Origin: Candidatus Kapaibacterium sp.
GTDB taxonomy: Bacteria; Bacteroidota; Ignavibacteria; Palsa-1295
NCBI GenBank assembly: GCA_017882165.1
Contig: JADGPZ010000003.1
Coordinates: 878-64,877, forward strand
DNA: 64,000 bases
Reading direction: 5' to 3'
Part shown: positions 8,681 to 18,611 of the stretch, piece by piece
Numbering within the stretch: the first letter of the stretch is position 1
How the letters are laid out: the number at the start of each line of letters is the position of its first letter
The notes under the pieces: model-generated
The model's database searches: none
What the model was told of the DNA's origin: nothing
Seen by the model: only the letters and a program-made list of their open reading frames with translations
Program-made: the position numbers and the translations under genes

Positions 8681-8876
8681 AGAAGCAGACGCCGCTTATA
8701 TCCAGCTTTCGGATGAACAACCCGTGGCCGCCATCGAGGCCGGTGACGGCATAAACATTGACCTCACGGCCGACAAACGAATCGTCGGAATTGAAATTCT
8801 TGACGCTTCCAAAAAACTCTCGATCGACACACTCTACAAGTACGAGGTCGAGCAGGATGAGTTTGTAGGAGTGTAA
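8661..8876 (+). CDS. DUF2283 putative antitoxin
   Basis: MKISYDKEADAAYIQL...INID......IVGIEILDASK; start at ATG 8661. Confidence 0.85.
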   Translation: MKISYDKEADAAYIQLSDEQPVAAIEAGDGINIDLTADKRIVGIEILDASKKLSIDTLYKYEVEQDEFVGV

Positions 8877-8905
8877 AGCCGCGCAGGCACGTCGCCCTTT
8901 CATCC

Positions 8906-9547
8906 CTACTTCGGATACCCGACTGACTGAGCGAACAGCACTCGCTGTTCCGGTCGCAATCCGAGCTGCTGCGCGAGACCGGCCTTGTCGCAGTTGTGGA
9001 ACCAGGCCCCAAGTCCATGCGCCGCGGCGAACAGATACACGTTCGCGGCAATCATGCCGGTACTCACATAGTCGTACGACTTCTGCACGTCCGGATCGAG
9101 CAGCCCCGGCTCCTGAAATCCCGCCGTGTGAGTCAGACGATGAGTGTCAGCAACGTAGATTAGCTGCACGGGCGCGCTCGCCTCAACGCCCCGCTGACCG
9201 GGCGTCATCGCACCGGCTCGCAAGTCGCCTTCGACGACTGGCTCAAGCAAGTTATGTATCGCGTCATAGAGATACACACCATCCTCGAATGCCACATACA
9301 AATCGACCGCCTGCGAATTACTGGCAGAGGCTGCCGTCCGGCCGTAAATTCCGAGCGGACCAGTGCTGCGGTTCACGCCACAGGCAGCCCAAAGGAGATT
9401 TGAAGTCATCTGCCAAGGCAGAGGCGATGGGCTAATTCCCCGCGTTGTTTCTCGGCGCCAAAGTGATTCGAAGACCGAGAGCCCTCCTTCGTCAGCCGGT
9501 TTGGGAAGCTGAATCGCAGTTAGGGTTTGTGTTAATACGTTGTTCAT
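8906..9547 (-). CDS. Nitroreductase-family (SagB/ThcOx-like) oxidoreductase
   Basis: IQLPKP...RRETTR, LLWAA.G.NR, RTAASASNSQ..DLYV, NVYLFAAA.GL and QSVGYP motifs. Confidence 0.85.
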   Translation of the reverse strand: MNNVLTQTLTAIQLPKPADEGGLSVFESLWRRETTRGISPSPLPWQMTSNLLWAACGVNRSTGPLGIYGRTAASASNSQAVDLYVAFEDGVYLYDAIHNLLEPVVEGDLRAGAMTPGQRGVEASAPVQLIYVADTHRLTHTAGFQEPGLLDPDVQKSYDYVSTGMIAANVYLFAAAHGLGAWFHNCDKAGLAQQLGLRPEQRVLFAQSVGYPK

Positions 9548-9749
9548 GGCTAATCGGAACTGGAAAAAATGTGCCACAGCAAGGATGCGACGAATGCACT
9601 GCTTATTCGCTCATCCGCACCTGCCCTCGCAGCACATTGGAAGAAATCTTGATGCCACCCGGCAAATGCCGAGTGCAAGGCAGGTGTGTCAGGGTTTCCA
9701 GTAGACGCAAGCAGGGTGCCGTAGTGACGTGCTGCGCGCGTCCTCGGGC

Positions 9750-10015
9750 CGCTCCGTTAGGAGCGCGATATTTGTAGCCCCGGGTTTTAACCCGGGGTTA
9801 ACGAAGACCAAAGATTTTTTTAGCTCCGTCCAGCGCCCACGCTGGGGAGCGAAATAGTCCCGCCCGTATTATATGTCGCTCCGATGGAGCTTGCCGCACA
9901 TTTGTGATTCGCAACCGCCGGTTGAAACCGGCGGCTACAAATATTGCGCCCCTACGGAGCGGGAGCCGCAGCACGCATCCCACTCATCCCTCACATCCCA
10001 ATAATCCCAGTTCAG
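9750..10015. repeat. REPIN/MITE-like element 1 (about 48-bp inverted arms, GTAG hairpins, CATCCC tail)
   Basis: Left arm CGCTCCGTTAGGAGCGCGATATTTGTAGCCCCGGGTTTTAACCCGGGG (9750-9797) versus the reverse complement of 9915-9961, CGCTCCGTAGGGGCGCAATATTTGTAGCCGCCGGTTTCAACCGGCGG. Confidence 0.75.
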
Positions 10016-10183
10016 CCTCCCCGCGCCGGTTTCTTCGTAAATTGCAGCATGAACAAGGGGCGCCGTATCCTCCGAAGCCCGCGCTACCCGGATTTATCGC
10101 TCGGACGCTCGACGTTTGAGCGTGCGCACGCGGAGGATCGACAAATCTTAGGACTCTTCGCTCCCAGTGGTAGTTACTATTGG

Positions 10184-11842
10184 ATGCGAAGAATGCTCGC
10201 CATCTGCTCTGTTATGATGATCAGTGCCCTCGGCTGCGCTGAGAATAGTCCGTTTACCCAGTCCTCAACGAAGTGGATGGCTGCATACATCAAGGCGTGG
10301 GGCTTCCTGAAGTATTACCACCCGGATGTAACGCAAGGTAAGGTCAACTGGGATTCGACTTTTTTGGCTCAATACCAGAAGGCATGCTCATGTAATGATG
10401 CAAAGGATTTCTCAATCATCGCATCGGATCTGATACACACCGCTGGTGGGGTAAAGTCTTATGGCTATCGGAGTCCCGATGAGTTGAAGGTACTTGATGA
10501 GTCTGATACTAATCTCCTTGACCTTAGATGGTTGAAAGACAGATCTTTGGTCACGCCGGATATTCAGAGGTCGTTGGACTCCATCCGCAGTAATGTCGTA
10601 CCTGAGTGGACTTCGTATGTTGTGCATGGGGAATCCGGTACATCCGATGTTGGAAGCGACGTTGCTCATGATTCTGACGTGACAACAACGATGCCCGTTC
10701 GGATGTTGGCGCTTGCACGATATTGGAATGTAATCGAGTACTTCGCTCCTGACAAAGATGTGATTGGCGAATCGTGGGACTCCATTCTTTATCGATTTAT
10801 CCCACGAATCGCTGCGTCGACGACCGAGAGCGAGTATCAACTTGCAATGGCAGAATGCTGTAATAGTATCCACGATACACATTCTTATACGTCCAGCGCC
10901 ACTATCGACTCGATTTTGGGGCAATATGTGTTGCCAATTCGATTGTCTCGTATCGAAGGTAAAGTTATTGTTCGTCGTCCATGTCTCGGGATTTCGACTT
11001 CATTGAAACCAGGCGACGAGATCTTGGCCATTAACGGCATGCGTTTGTCCGATCGGCGCAAGACCTTGGCCAAGCTTGCTTCCGCTTCAAACGATGCGGC
11101 ACTCGAACGAAATATTTGTTGGTGGATGACACGTTGTGCATACAAGGATTCGGTTCTCATTGAATATCGATCGGTCAATGGGATTCAATCCTGCAAAGTG
11201 AAACCGCTTACCATCGAGGAATTTAAGAAGATTGTTGAAATTGATTCGTCAAAGCACTGGAAGATTCTGGATGGTAATATTGGATTCGTTAATATGGGGG
11301 AGCTTACCGTCGCGGAAGTGAAACAGGCGATGTCGGATTTAGCTCGAACGAAGGCGATCATTTTCGATGTCCGCAATTACCCGAAAGGGACGCTATGGAG
11401 TTTGGCGACTTATCTAAGGGTGAATGCGCCTTGGGTCTCGTGGCGACGCCCAGATTTCCATTCTCCCGGCTCATTCATTCGTGAATCATCGCAAACGAAT
11501 AGCTATTTAAGTTCGACCAAGGGCTATAGAGGCCGAGTGATCGTTCTGGTTAATGAAAATACGCAGTCTCATGCTGAGTATACGGCAATGATGCTCCGAA
11601 GGGCTGAACGTTCAGTCGTGATTGGTAGTCAAACGGCCGGGGCGGATGGGAATGTTGTTCGAATGACGTTGCCCGGTGGTATCCATACGATTTTTAGCGG
11701 TCTCGGCGTCTTTTATCCCGATGGTAAACCGACTCAGCGAGTCGGAATCGTCCCAGACATCCATGTCGAGCCGACCATCGCAGGTCTTCGCGCTGGCAGA
11801 GACGAAGTCCTTGAGCGGGCGATCGAGGTTGCCAAGGAATAG
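10184..11842 (+). CDS. S41-family peptidase (tail-specific protease-like), probable lipoprotein
   Basis: WGFLKYYHP, YWNVIEYF.P, PDZ-like LKPGDEILAING, IIFDVRNYP, TQSHAEYTAM, IGSQTAGADGNV and QRVGIVPD; lipobox-like ALGC. Start placed at ATG 10184. Confidence 0.9.
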   Translation: MRRMLAICSVMMISALGCAENSPFTQSSTKWMAAYIKAWGFLKYYHPDVTQGKVNWDSTFLAQYQKACSCNDAKDFSIIASDLIHTAGGVKSYGYRSPDELKVLDESDTNLLDLRWLKDRSLVTPDIQRSLDSIRSNVVPEWTSYVVHGESGTSDVGSDVAHDSDVTTTMPVRMLALARYWNVIEYFAPDKDVIGESWDSILYRFIPRIAASTTESEYQLAMAECCNSIHDTHSYTSSATIDSILGQYVLPIRLSRIEGKVIVRRPCLGISTSLKPGDEILAINGMRLSDRRKTLAKLASASNDAALERNICWWMTRCAYKDSVLIEYRSVNGIQSCKVKPLTIEEFKKIVEIDSSKHWKILDGNIGFVNMGELTVAEVKQAMSDLARTKAIIFDVRNYPKGTLWSLATYLRVNAPWVSWRRPDFHSPGSFIRESSQTNSYLSSTKGYRGRVIVLVNENTQSHAEYTAMMLRRAERSVVIGSQTAGADGNVVRMTLPGGIHTIFSGLGVFYPDGKPTQRVGIVPDIHVEPTIAGLRAGRDEVLERAIEVAKE

Positions 11843-11953
11843 TCTACTCCGTGCATTCTGCACTTTGTCGTTGCCGCGTCGGGCGGGTTAGCGTGCAACC
11901 AAAACCACACACGACCTGAGCGGCCGGTGTGCAGGTGCCGGGCAACCAGGACC

Positions 11954-11979
11954 TGGATCCCCGCTTCTGCGGGGATGAC
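11954..11979. repeat. GTCAT(T/C)CCCGC...GCGGG(G/A)ATCCA palindrome (dRS3/RPE-like)
   Basis: TGGATCCCCGCTTCTGCGGGGATGAC; same family as the two copies at 29350-29434. Confidence 0.7.
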
Positions 11980-12038
11980 AATGTGGTGCGGGCCGGGAAA
12001 CCCGGACGCTACAATTTTTGACTATTTTTGGAAAGCTC

Positions 12039-12067
12039 TTGCGTGGCGGTTTTTCATGTGTTATATT
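12039..12067 (+). promoter_or_regulatory. sigma70-like promoter inside element copy A
   Basis: TTGCGT-17 nt-TATATT preceded by T-tracts; conserved in copy B. Confidence 0.55.
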
Positions 12068-12363
12068 GCTCGTGAGGTTATGGGCACCTATTCTAAAAGA
12101 ACGTGTGTCTTGTCTAACAGCAGTTTATTCATGAACTCCAATCAAAAAAGAGAAATCAAAAAAATTTGATGTGTGGCGTTTTTGGAACGGAGTGGGCATT
12201 GTTCATGAAGCACAAACGCTCGCGCGCAATAGAGCATGCGAAAAGTACATTGCCGTGTGGAAGCGGCATTGCTATCCTCAAGCGATTCTTCGCTGCGCTC
12301 AGAATGACGGACATTGAAACTGACCTTCTACCATTTTCTCGGAACAAGCCCCTCCCTGTTCCG

Positions 12364-12371
12364 TAAATTTG
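12364..12371 (+). promoter_or_regulatory. Bacteroidota-type -7 element upstream of eno
   Basis: TAAATTTG 25 nt before the eno ATG. Confidence 0.5.
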
Positions 12372-12384
12372 CACTTCACATTAA

Positions 12385-13704
<1,320 letters not shown>

Positions 13705-13724
13705 GGGGCGAGAGCAAAAAGCAG

Positions 13725-14390
13725 ATGAAACGCGCAGCGCGTATTGGTATTACGGGAAAGCTCGGAAGCGGCAAGTCCACGCTTATGGACGTGCTTGCCT
13801 CATGCGGAATTCCGGTGATCAAGACGGATGATCTTGCGCGAGATCTCATGGTCCGGGACGCGGCGGTCCGTTCTGCCATTGAGCGGCTCGCTGGTAGCGA
13901 AGTCTATTCGGATGGTTTACTCGACCGCTCGCGGCTTGCAGCGAAGTTGTTTCACGACCCGGTACTGCGGGAGCACATCGAAGGGATCGTACACCCCGCT
14001 GTGATGCGGGAGGTCGATCTCGCATTTCGCACAGCGGAACCGAGTACACCCGTTGCCGTGGAGTCGGCACTACTGCTATCGCAGGACCTTCGGCAGCATT
14101 TCGATTATATCGTGCTGGTCGATTCCCCCGACGACGCGGTGCTGAACCGCATCCGCAACTTGAGTCATCTCAGCGATGAAGATGCTCGCGCCCGGCTGGC
14201 TGCACAGGATTACGATCACGCGAATTTCGACGAGGTCGATATTACCGTAGAAAATACCGGCGACCGCGAGGAATTCGAAGAACGCGCCCGGACGCTGGCG
14301 CAGATGCTCAAAGCACTCGCACTGCGAGACTTACCAGAGCAGCCGCTGCACAAGCGCGAGCACGATTCTGAGTCCGATGAGGAAGGCTGA
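13725..14390 (+). CDS. coaE: Dephospho-CoA kinase
   Basis: IGITGKLGSGKST P-loop; LDR..LA..LF, IVHPAV and ESALL. Confidence 0.93.
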   Translation: MKRAARIGITGKLGSGKSTLMDVLASCGIPVIKTDDLARDLMVRDAAVRSAIERLAGSEVYSDGLLDRSRLAAKLFHDPVLREHIEGIVHPAVMREVDLAFRTAEPSTPVAVESALLLSQDLRQHFDYIVLVDSPDDAVLNRIRNLSHLSDEDARARLAAQDYDHANFDEVDITVENTGDREEFEERARTLAQMLKALALRDLPEQPLHKREHDSESDEEG

Positions 14391-14406
14391 AGAGCATCCG
14401 CAGACC

Positions 14407-15384
14407 CTACGCGAAAGTCGTGGGATTCGCTTCGAGGTATCGCTCGGCATCAATAGCGGCCATGCAGCCGGAACCGGCAGCCGTGACGGCTTGACGATAG
14501 ACGTGATCCTGGCAATCGCCGCAAGCAAAGACGCCGGGGATATTGGTGTACGACGATTTGCCCTTTGTTTCGATGTAGCCGACCTCGTTCATGTCAATCA
14601 GGCCTCGGAATAACTCAGTGTTCGGCGAGTGGCCGATGGCAACGAAGATGCCGTTGGTCGCGACTTGTTCGGTCTTGCCTGTGACTGTATCTTCTATGAT
14701 TGCACCGGTGACGAGCTTCCTGCCCTTTTCGTCGGTGTGACCGAGGACTTCCGTGATCGCCTGATTCGTGCGCCAGTGGATTTTCGGATTCTCTTTCGCC
14801 CGGTCAAACATGATCTTCGAAGCACGGAATTCATCACGCCGGTGAACAATCGTAACGGAGTTGCAAAAGCGCGTCAGATAATTCGCTTCCTCCATTGCTG
14901 TGTCACCACCGCCAACAATGAGCACGTCCTGATTCCGGTAGAAGAAGCCATCACACGTTGCACAGGCGCTGACACCGTACCCCATGTAAATTTCCTCGCT
15001 CGGGATATTGAGCAATTTCGCCTTTGCGCCCGTCGAAATGACAACCGCTTCGGCATAGTACGTCTTGCTTCCAGCCGTAACAGCGAATGGCCGCTTCGAA
15101 AAATCAACCGCCGTGATGGTCTCGAACTTTGTGACCGTCCCGAATCGGGATACCTGCCTCCGCAGAATATCCATCATTTCCGGTCCTTGAATGCCGTGCT
15201 CGAATCCTGGGAAGTTCTCGACTTCGGTCGTGATCGTGAGTTGACCACCGGGTTGCTCGCCTTCAAACACAATCGGCGAAAGATTCGCGCGGGCCGCGTA
15301 AAGTGCAGCCGTAAACCCGGCTGGCCCGGAGCCGATGATGATAACGGGATTGACTTCTTCGCGTTTGAGGTGCGTATGGCTCAT
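14407..15384 (-). CDS. trxB: Thioredoxin reductase
   Basis: IIGSGPAG, GGQL..TTEVENFPG, CATCDG, GGGDTAMEEA and YRQAVTAAG. Confidence 0.98.
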   Translation of the reverse strand: MSHTHLKREEVNPVIIIGSGPAGFTAALYAARANLSPIVFEGEQPGGQLTITTEVENFPGFEHGIQGPEMMDILRRQVSRFGTVTKFETITAVDFSKRPFAVTAGSKTYYAEAVVISTGAKAKLLNIPSEEIYMGYGVSACATCDGFFYRNQDVLIVGGGDTAMEEANYLTRFCNSVTIVHRRDEFRASKIMFDRAKENPKIHWRTNQAITEVLGHTDEKGRKLVTGAIIEDTVTGKTEQVATNGIFVAIGHSPNTELFRGLIDMNEVGYIETKGKSSYTNIPGVFACGDCQDHVYRQAVTAAGSGCMAAIDAERYLEANPTTFA

Positions 15385-15386
15385 CG

Positions 15387-16322
15387 TTAATTGTTCGTTC
15401 GAGTGGCGCGGATGTTACGCTTTAGCCCAGCGAGTTTTGCGCGCTTCATGGGAGACTTGCGAAAACGAATGGAGAACTCCTCTTGCTCCATCGTTTCGAT
15501 GGTCTCACAGTCAAGCGAAAGAACTTCTTCGCGCGGGGCGAATGCTGGTATAGCAGTCGGCGTTGCAAAGCGGTTCCACGGACAGACATCCTGACAAATA
15601 TCGCAGCCGTAGATCCAACCGTTCAACTTGGAAGCAAGCTCCGGCGGAATGTCGTGCTCCGGTTTCAGCTCGATCGTGAGATACGCGATGCAGCGCCGCG
15701 CATCGATCTCGTACGGCGACGTGATCGCATCCGTTGGGCAGGCATCGATGCAGCGCGTGCAGATACCGCACATGTCCTCGGCGGGCGGATCGGATTCGAG
15801 ATCGATGTTCAGGATGATCTCGGCCAAGAAGATCCACGATCCCGCTTCGCGCGTAATGACGCTGGTATGCTTGCCGATCCAGCCAATGCCCGCGCGCTCG
15901 GCAATCTCGCGTTCGAGAAGCGGGCCCGTGTCCGTGTAGTAGCGTCCTTGCGCTTCGGGCACGATCGCTTGGATCTCTTCAAGCAACCGCGCTAACATCG
16001 ACGGGACGACCTCGTGATAATCAGTGCCCCAGGCATAGCGCGAAATCTTGTGATCGGACTCGGGAGCGATCTCGTGCGGATGATAGTAATTAATCGCCAG
16101 CGAGAGGACGCTCTTCGCATCCGGCATGATCTTCCGGACATCGCGCCGCTCCTCGTGCCGCCGCTCCATCCACTGCATGACGCCATGCGTGCCATCGGCA
16201 ATCCACGCTTGGAACCGGTCGGCAGCCTCGTCTAGCGGCTCGGCGCTCGTCACACCGGCCTTCGCAAAGCCGATTTCGAGTGCAAGTGCCTTGATGCGCG
16301 CTGTGATTTCTTGCCGGTTCAT
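15387..16322 (-). CDS. queG: Epoxyqueuosine reductase
   Basis: ISRYAWG.DYH, DTGPLLERE.AERAG.GWIGK, CGICTRCIDACPT and GCDICQDVCPWN. Start placed at ATG 16322. Confidence 0.95.
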   Translation of the reverse strand: MNRQEITARIKALALEIGFAKAGVTSAEPLDEAADRFQAWIADGTHGVMQWMERRHEERRDVRKIMPDAKSVLSLAINYYHPHEIAPESDHKISRYAWGTDYHEVVPSMLARLLEEIQAIVPEAQGRYYTDTGPLLEREIAERAGIGWIGKHTSVITREAGSWIFLAEIILNIDLESDPPAEDMCGICTRCIDACPTDAITSPYEIDARRCIAYLTIELKPEHDIPPELASKLNGWIYGCDICQDVCPWNRFATPTAIPAFAPREEVLSLDCETIETMEQEEFSIRFRKSPMKRAKLAGLKRNIRATRTNN

Positions 16323-16382
16323 GGTGTTCCTTAACTTCGAAGGAGTATCAGAAGGCTCCATCAACGATAAGAATTTGTAATT

Positions 16383-18200
16383 ATGATGACCGTACACAGA
16401 AGACTTGTCCTCGCCATCATCCTTGCCTTTGCATATTGGATGCCCCACTCGGCATTTGCCCAAATCTCCATGACGTCAGCGGTGCAAGTCAGTACGGCTT
16501 TAGGCGCTCACTCCCCTGCCATGCACGTGGGCCGCGATGGCGCTGTATACGTGAGTTGGTTTCAGGCGAACGCCGATATTTATTTCAGTCGCTCGACCGA
16601 TCAGGGGCAAACGTTTGCGACGCCGGTTCGCGTCTGCAGACAGGTCACGACAAACCAGTACACCTCTCTCTTGCAGCGGGCACCGGAGTTTGCGATCGAC
16701 ACCAAAGGCGTTATTCATCTTGTCTGGACGGAAGCGCGCGTGACGAGTGCGAGTGACGTGTGGTATGTGCATTCGACCGATAGCGGCAAGACCTGGACGC
16801 CGCCACTCTCCATCATGGACCCCGGCGATTCCGCAAACTATTCGCAGGACTTCTCGGCCATTGCGTGCGACTCCTCGGACAATCTTTACGTCTCCTTTCT
16901 CGACAATCGGTACATCATGGCCAAAACGGGCAAGCATTACCGGATGCACATCGAGCGCTCGACGAATGGCGGCCAAACGTGGTCGTTACCGGTCATCGCG
17001 GATAAGCTGCCGGCTGACACCAGCGGCACATGCGAGTGCTGCCGGCAGGATATTGCCGCATCTCCAGAGGGCCACGTCTATATTGCGTTTCGCACAAATA
17101 TGACCACGCCAACCGGCGATAAGCGCGACATCTTCATCTGCCGCTCGTGGGATGGGGGCCGGACTTTCGACAGCTCCATTCGCTGCCAACTCGGCGGTTG
17201 GACGCTCGACGCGTGCCCGACGAAAGGACCGCACATTTCTCTCGACTTGAGCGAGAATCTCTTCATCGCCTGGAATGACGCTCGCGACGATATGGGAAAG
17301 CTCGTGGCATACTTCGACATGCTTCCGAAAGGCTGGAACTCAGTGTTGCCTAACTACTCTATCTCCAATAGCAACTCGCAGACAGGTCACTGGCCATACG
17401 TAGCCGTTAGTCCGACCGGACTCATCGCATACGCCTACATGCCAGGCGAGAGCCTCGGCGGACCCATCCAATTCACCTACTCATCCGACGGCGGGAACAC
17501 CTGGAACCAGTCGCGCGCGCTGCCCGGGTCGGCCGGAGACAATCAGTCGCTTCCGGAGCTTGCCTTCGACGCACGCGGCCATGTCTATGCCGTTTGGCAG
17601 GATGGCGCTGCGAATGGGATCATGTGCTCGGCAATCACTGGTCTAAATATTGCGGTTGCACCTACGAAGGTCGGACTCCCACCATTATTTTACAACATTG
17701 GTCCGATTGTGCAGCTATACTGGCTCGGCCAGTCCAAACTTCGCCTATTCACTTGGTACAGAGTGATTGTCAGCAGTGGCGGCGCTGTTGTATTCGACAG
17801 CACTGTCCGGGATACCTCTGTGACGCTTCTGACGCTTAGTCCTGGCAACTACAATTACACGATTATAGCCCATACCGTTGTCGACTCAAGCGTCGCCTCT
17901 TCGTCATTTCGTGTCGGAGCGCTCGGCGTGAATCCCGGCGAACAATACCATCCGGTCTCGATTGCCTATCCAAATCCAGCACGTTCGGGAATGGTAACCG
18001 TGTCGCTGCCGGACGCTAAGAACATTGACGTTAGTGTCGCTATCTCCGACGGCTCGGGTAGGATCGTTCGCAATATTACTTCAGCAATTTCTGATGGCGA
18101 ACTTGTACTCAATTTGCAGAGCCTTGCGAGCGGGACTTACCAGATCCAGATTACCCAGGGTGCGAATCGCTGGAATGTACCAATCATTCTCAATAACTAA
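16383..18200 (+). CDS. Secreted Asp-box beta-propeller (sialidase-like) with a CECC motif and T9SS-type C-terminal domain
   Basis: Signal peptide; five S.[DN].G.T[WF] boxes; TCECCR and WTLDACP..GP; C-terminal YPNPA...LASGTY.I.I. Confidence 0.8.
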   Translation: MMTVHRRLVLAIILAFAYWMPHSAFAQISMTSAVQVSTALGAHSPAMHVGRDGAVYVSWFQANADIYFSRSTDQGQTFATPVRVCRQVTTNQYTSLLQRAPEFAIDTKGVIHLVWTEARVTSASDVWYVHSTDSGKTWTPPLSIMDPGDSANYSQDFSAIACDSSDNLYVSFLDNRYIMAKTGKHYRMHIERSTNGGQTWSLPVIADKLPADTSGTCECCRQDIAASPEGHVYIAFRTNMTTPTGDKRDIFICRSWDGGRTFDSSIRCQLGGWTLDACPTKGPHISLDLSENLFIAWNDARDDMGKLVAYFDMLPKGWNSVLPNYSISNSNSQTGHWPYVAVSPTGLIAYAYMPGESLGGPIQFTYSSDGGNTWNQSRALPGSAGDNQSLPELAFDARGHVYAVWQDGAANGIMCSAITGLNIAVAPTKVGLPPLFYNIGPIVQLYWLGQSKLRLFTWYRVIVSSGGAVVFDSTVRDTSVTLLTLSPGNYNYTIIAHTVVDSSVASSSFRVGALGVNPGEQYHPVSIAYPNPARSGMVTVSLPDAKNIDVSVAISDGSGRIVRNITSAISDGELVLNLQSLASGTYQIQITQGANRWNVPIILNN

Positions 18201-18203
18201 ACT

Positions 18204-18611
18204 TCATCGTACCCAAACCTCTTCCCCGTCGAGCTTGACTTCATAGACTCGAATGCTCCCTGCCGCACCAATTTGCTGGCCGGTGTGCATGTCGAATATC
18301 CAGCCGTGCAAGGGGCAGGCAACCTGGCAGGTGTCGCAATCGACAAAGCCGGTTGCCATTACCGGCGAAGTCTCGTGCGGGCAGATATTCGAAATAGCGA
18401 GGATTTGTCCGTCGATATTGAAGATCGCGACCTCATCACCATCGCTATAGACGACCTTGCCTCGCTTCCCGATTGGTGGGATTTCCGAGATTTGGCAGGC
18501 ATAGAAGAATGTGCGCGGCTCTTTGCCGTTGGCATCCGCGTTCAACTCTTGCCTTGCCGCTTCGAGGGCTTCGTCGTCGATCTCGCTCACGCGTGTTCTA
18601 TCACGCTTCAA
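18204..18611 (-). CDS. Rieske [2Fe-2S] ferredoxin (NirD-like)
   Basis: CPHE and CPLHG motifs; overlaps the pgk stop. Confidence 0.85.
   Translation of the reverse strand: MKRDRTRVSEIDDEALEAARQELNADANGKEPRTFFYACQISEIPPIGKRGKVVYSDGDEVAIFNIDGQILAISNICPHETSPVMATGFVDCDTCQVACPLHGWIFDMHTGQQIGAAGSIRVYEVKLDGEEVWVR

Larger units (their letters stand above)
11845..12310 (+). repeat. Copy A of the dispersed REP-promoter non-coding element
   Basis: 11860-11923 matches the reverse complement of 26406-26470. 12005-12093 matches the reverse complement of 26048-26139. Further short motifs are shared downstream. Confidence 0.75.

Noticed and set aside
9944-10183. 80-aa N-terminal extension of the S41 peptidase
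   Set aside because: It is translated from the REPIN tail; a lipoprotein signal begins at ATG 10184.
11927-12374. Short ORFs in the S41-eno intergenic region
   Set aside because: They run through palindromic repeats, and their frames are not conserved in the homologous copies at 25.7-26.5 kb and 5.85-6.0 kb.
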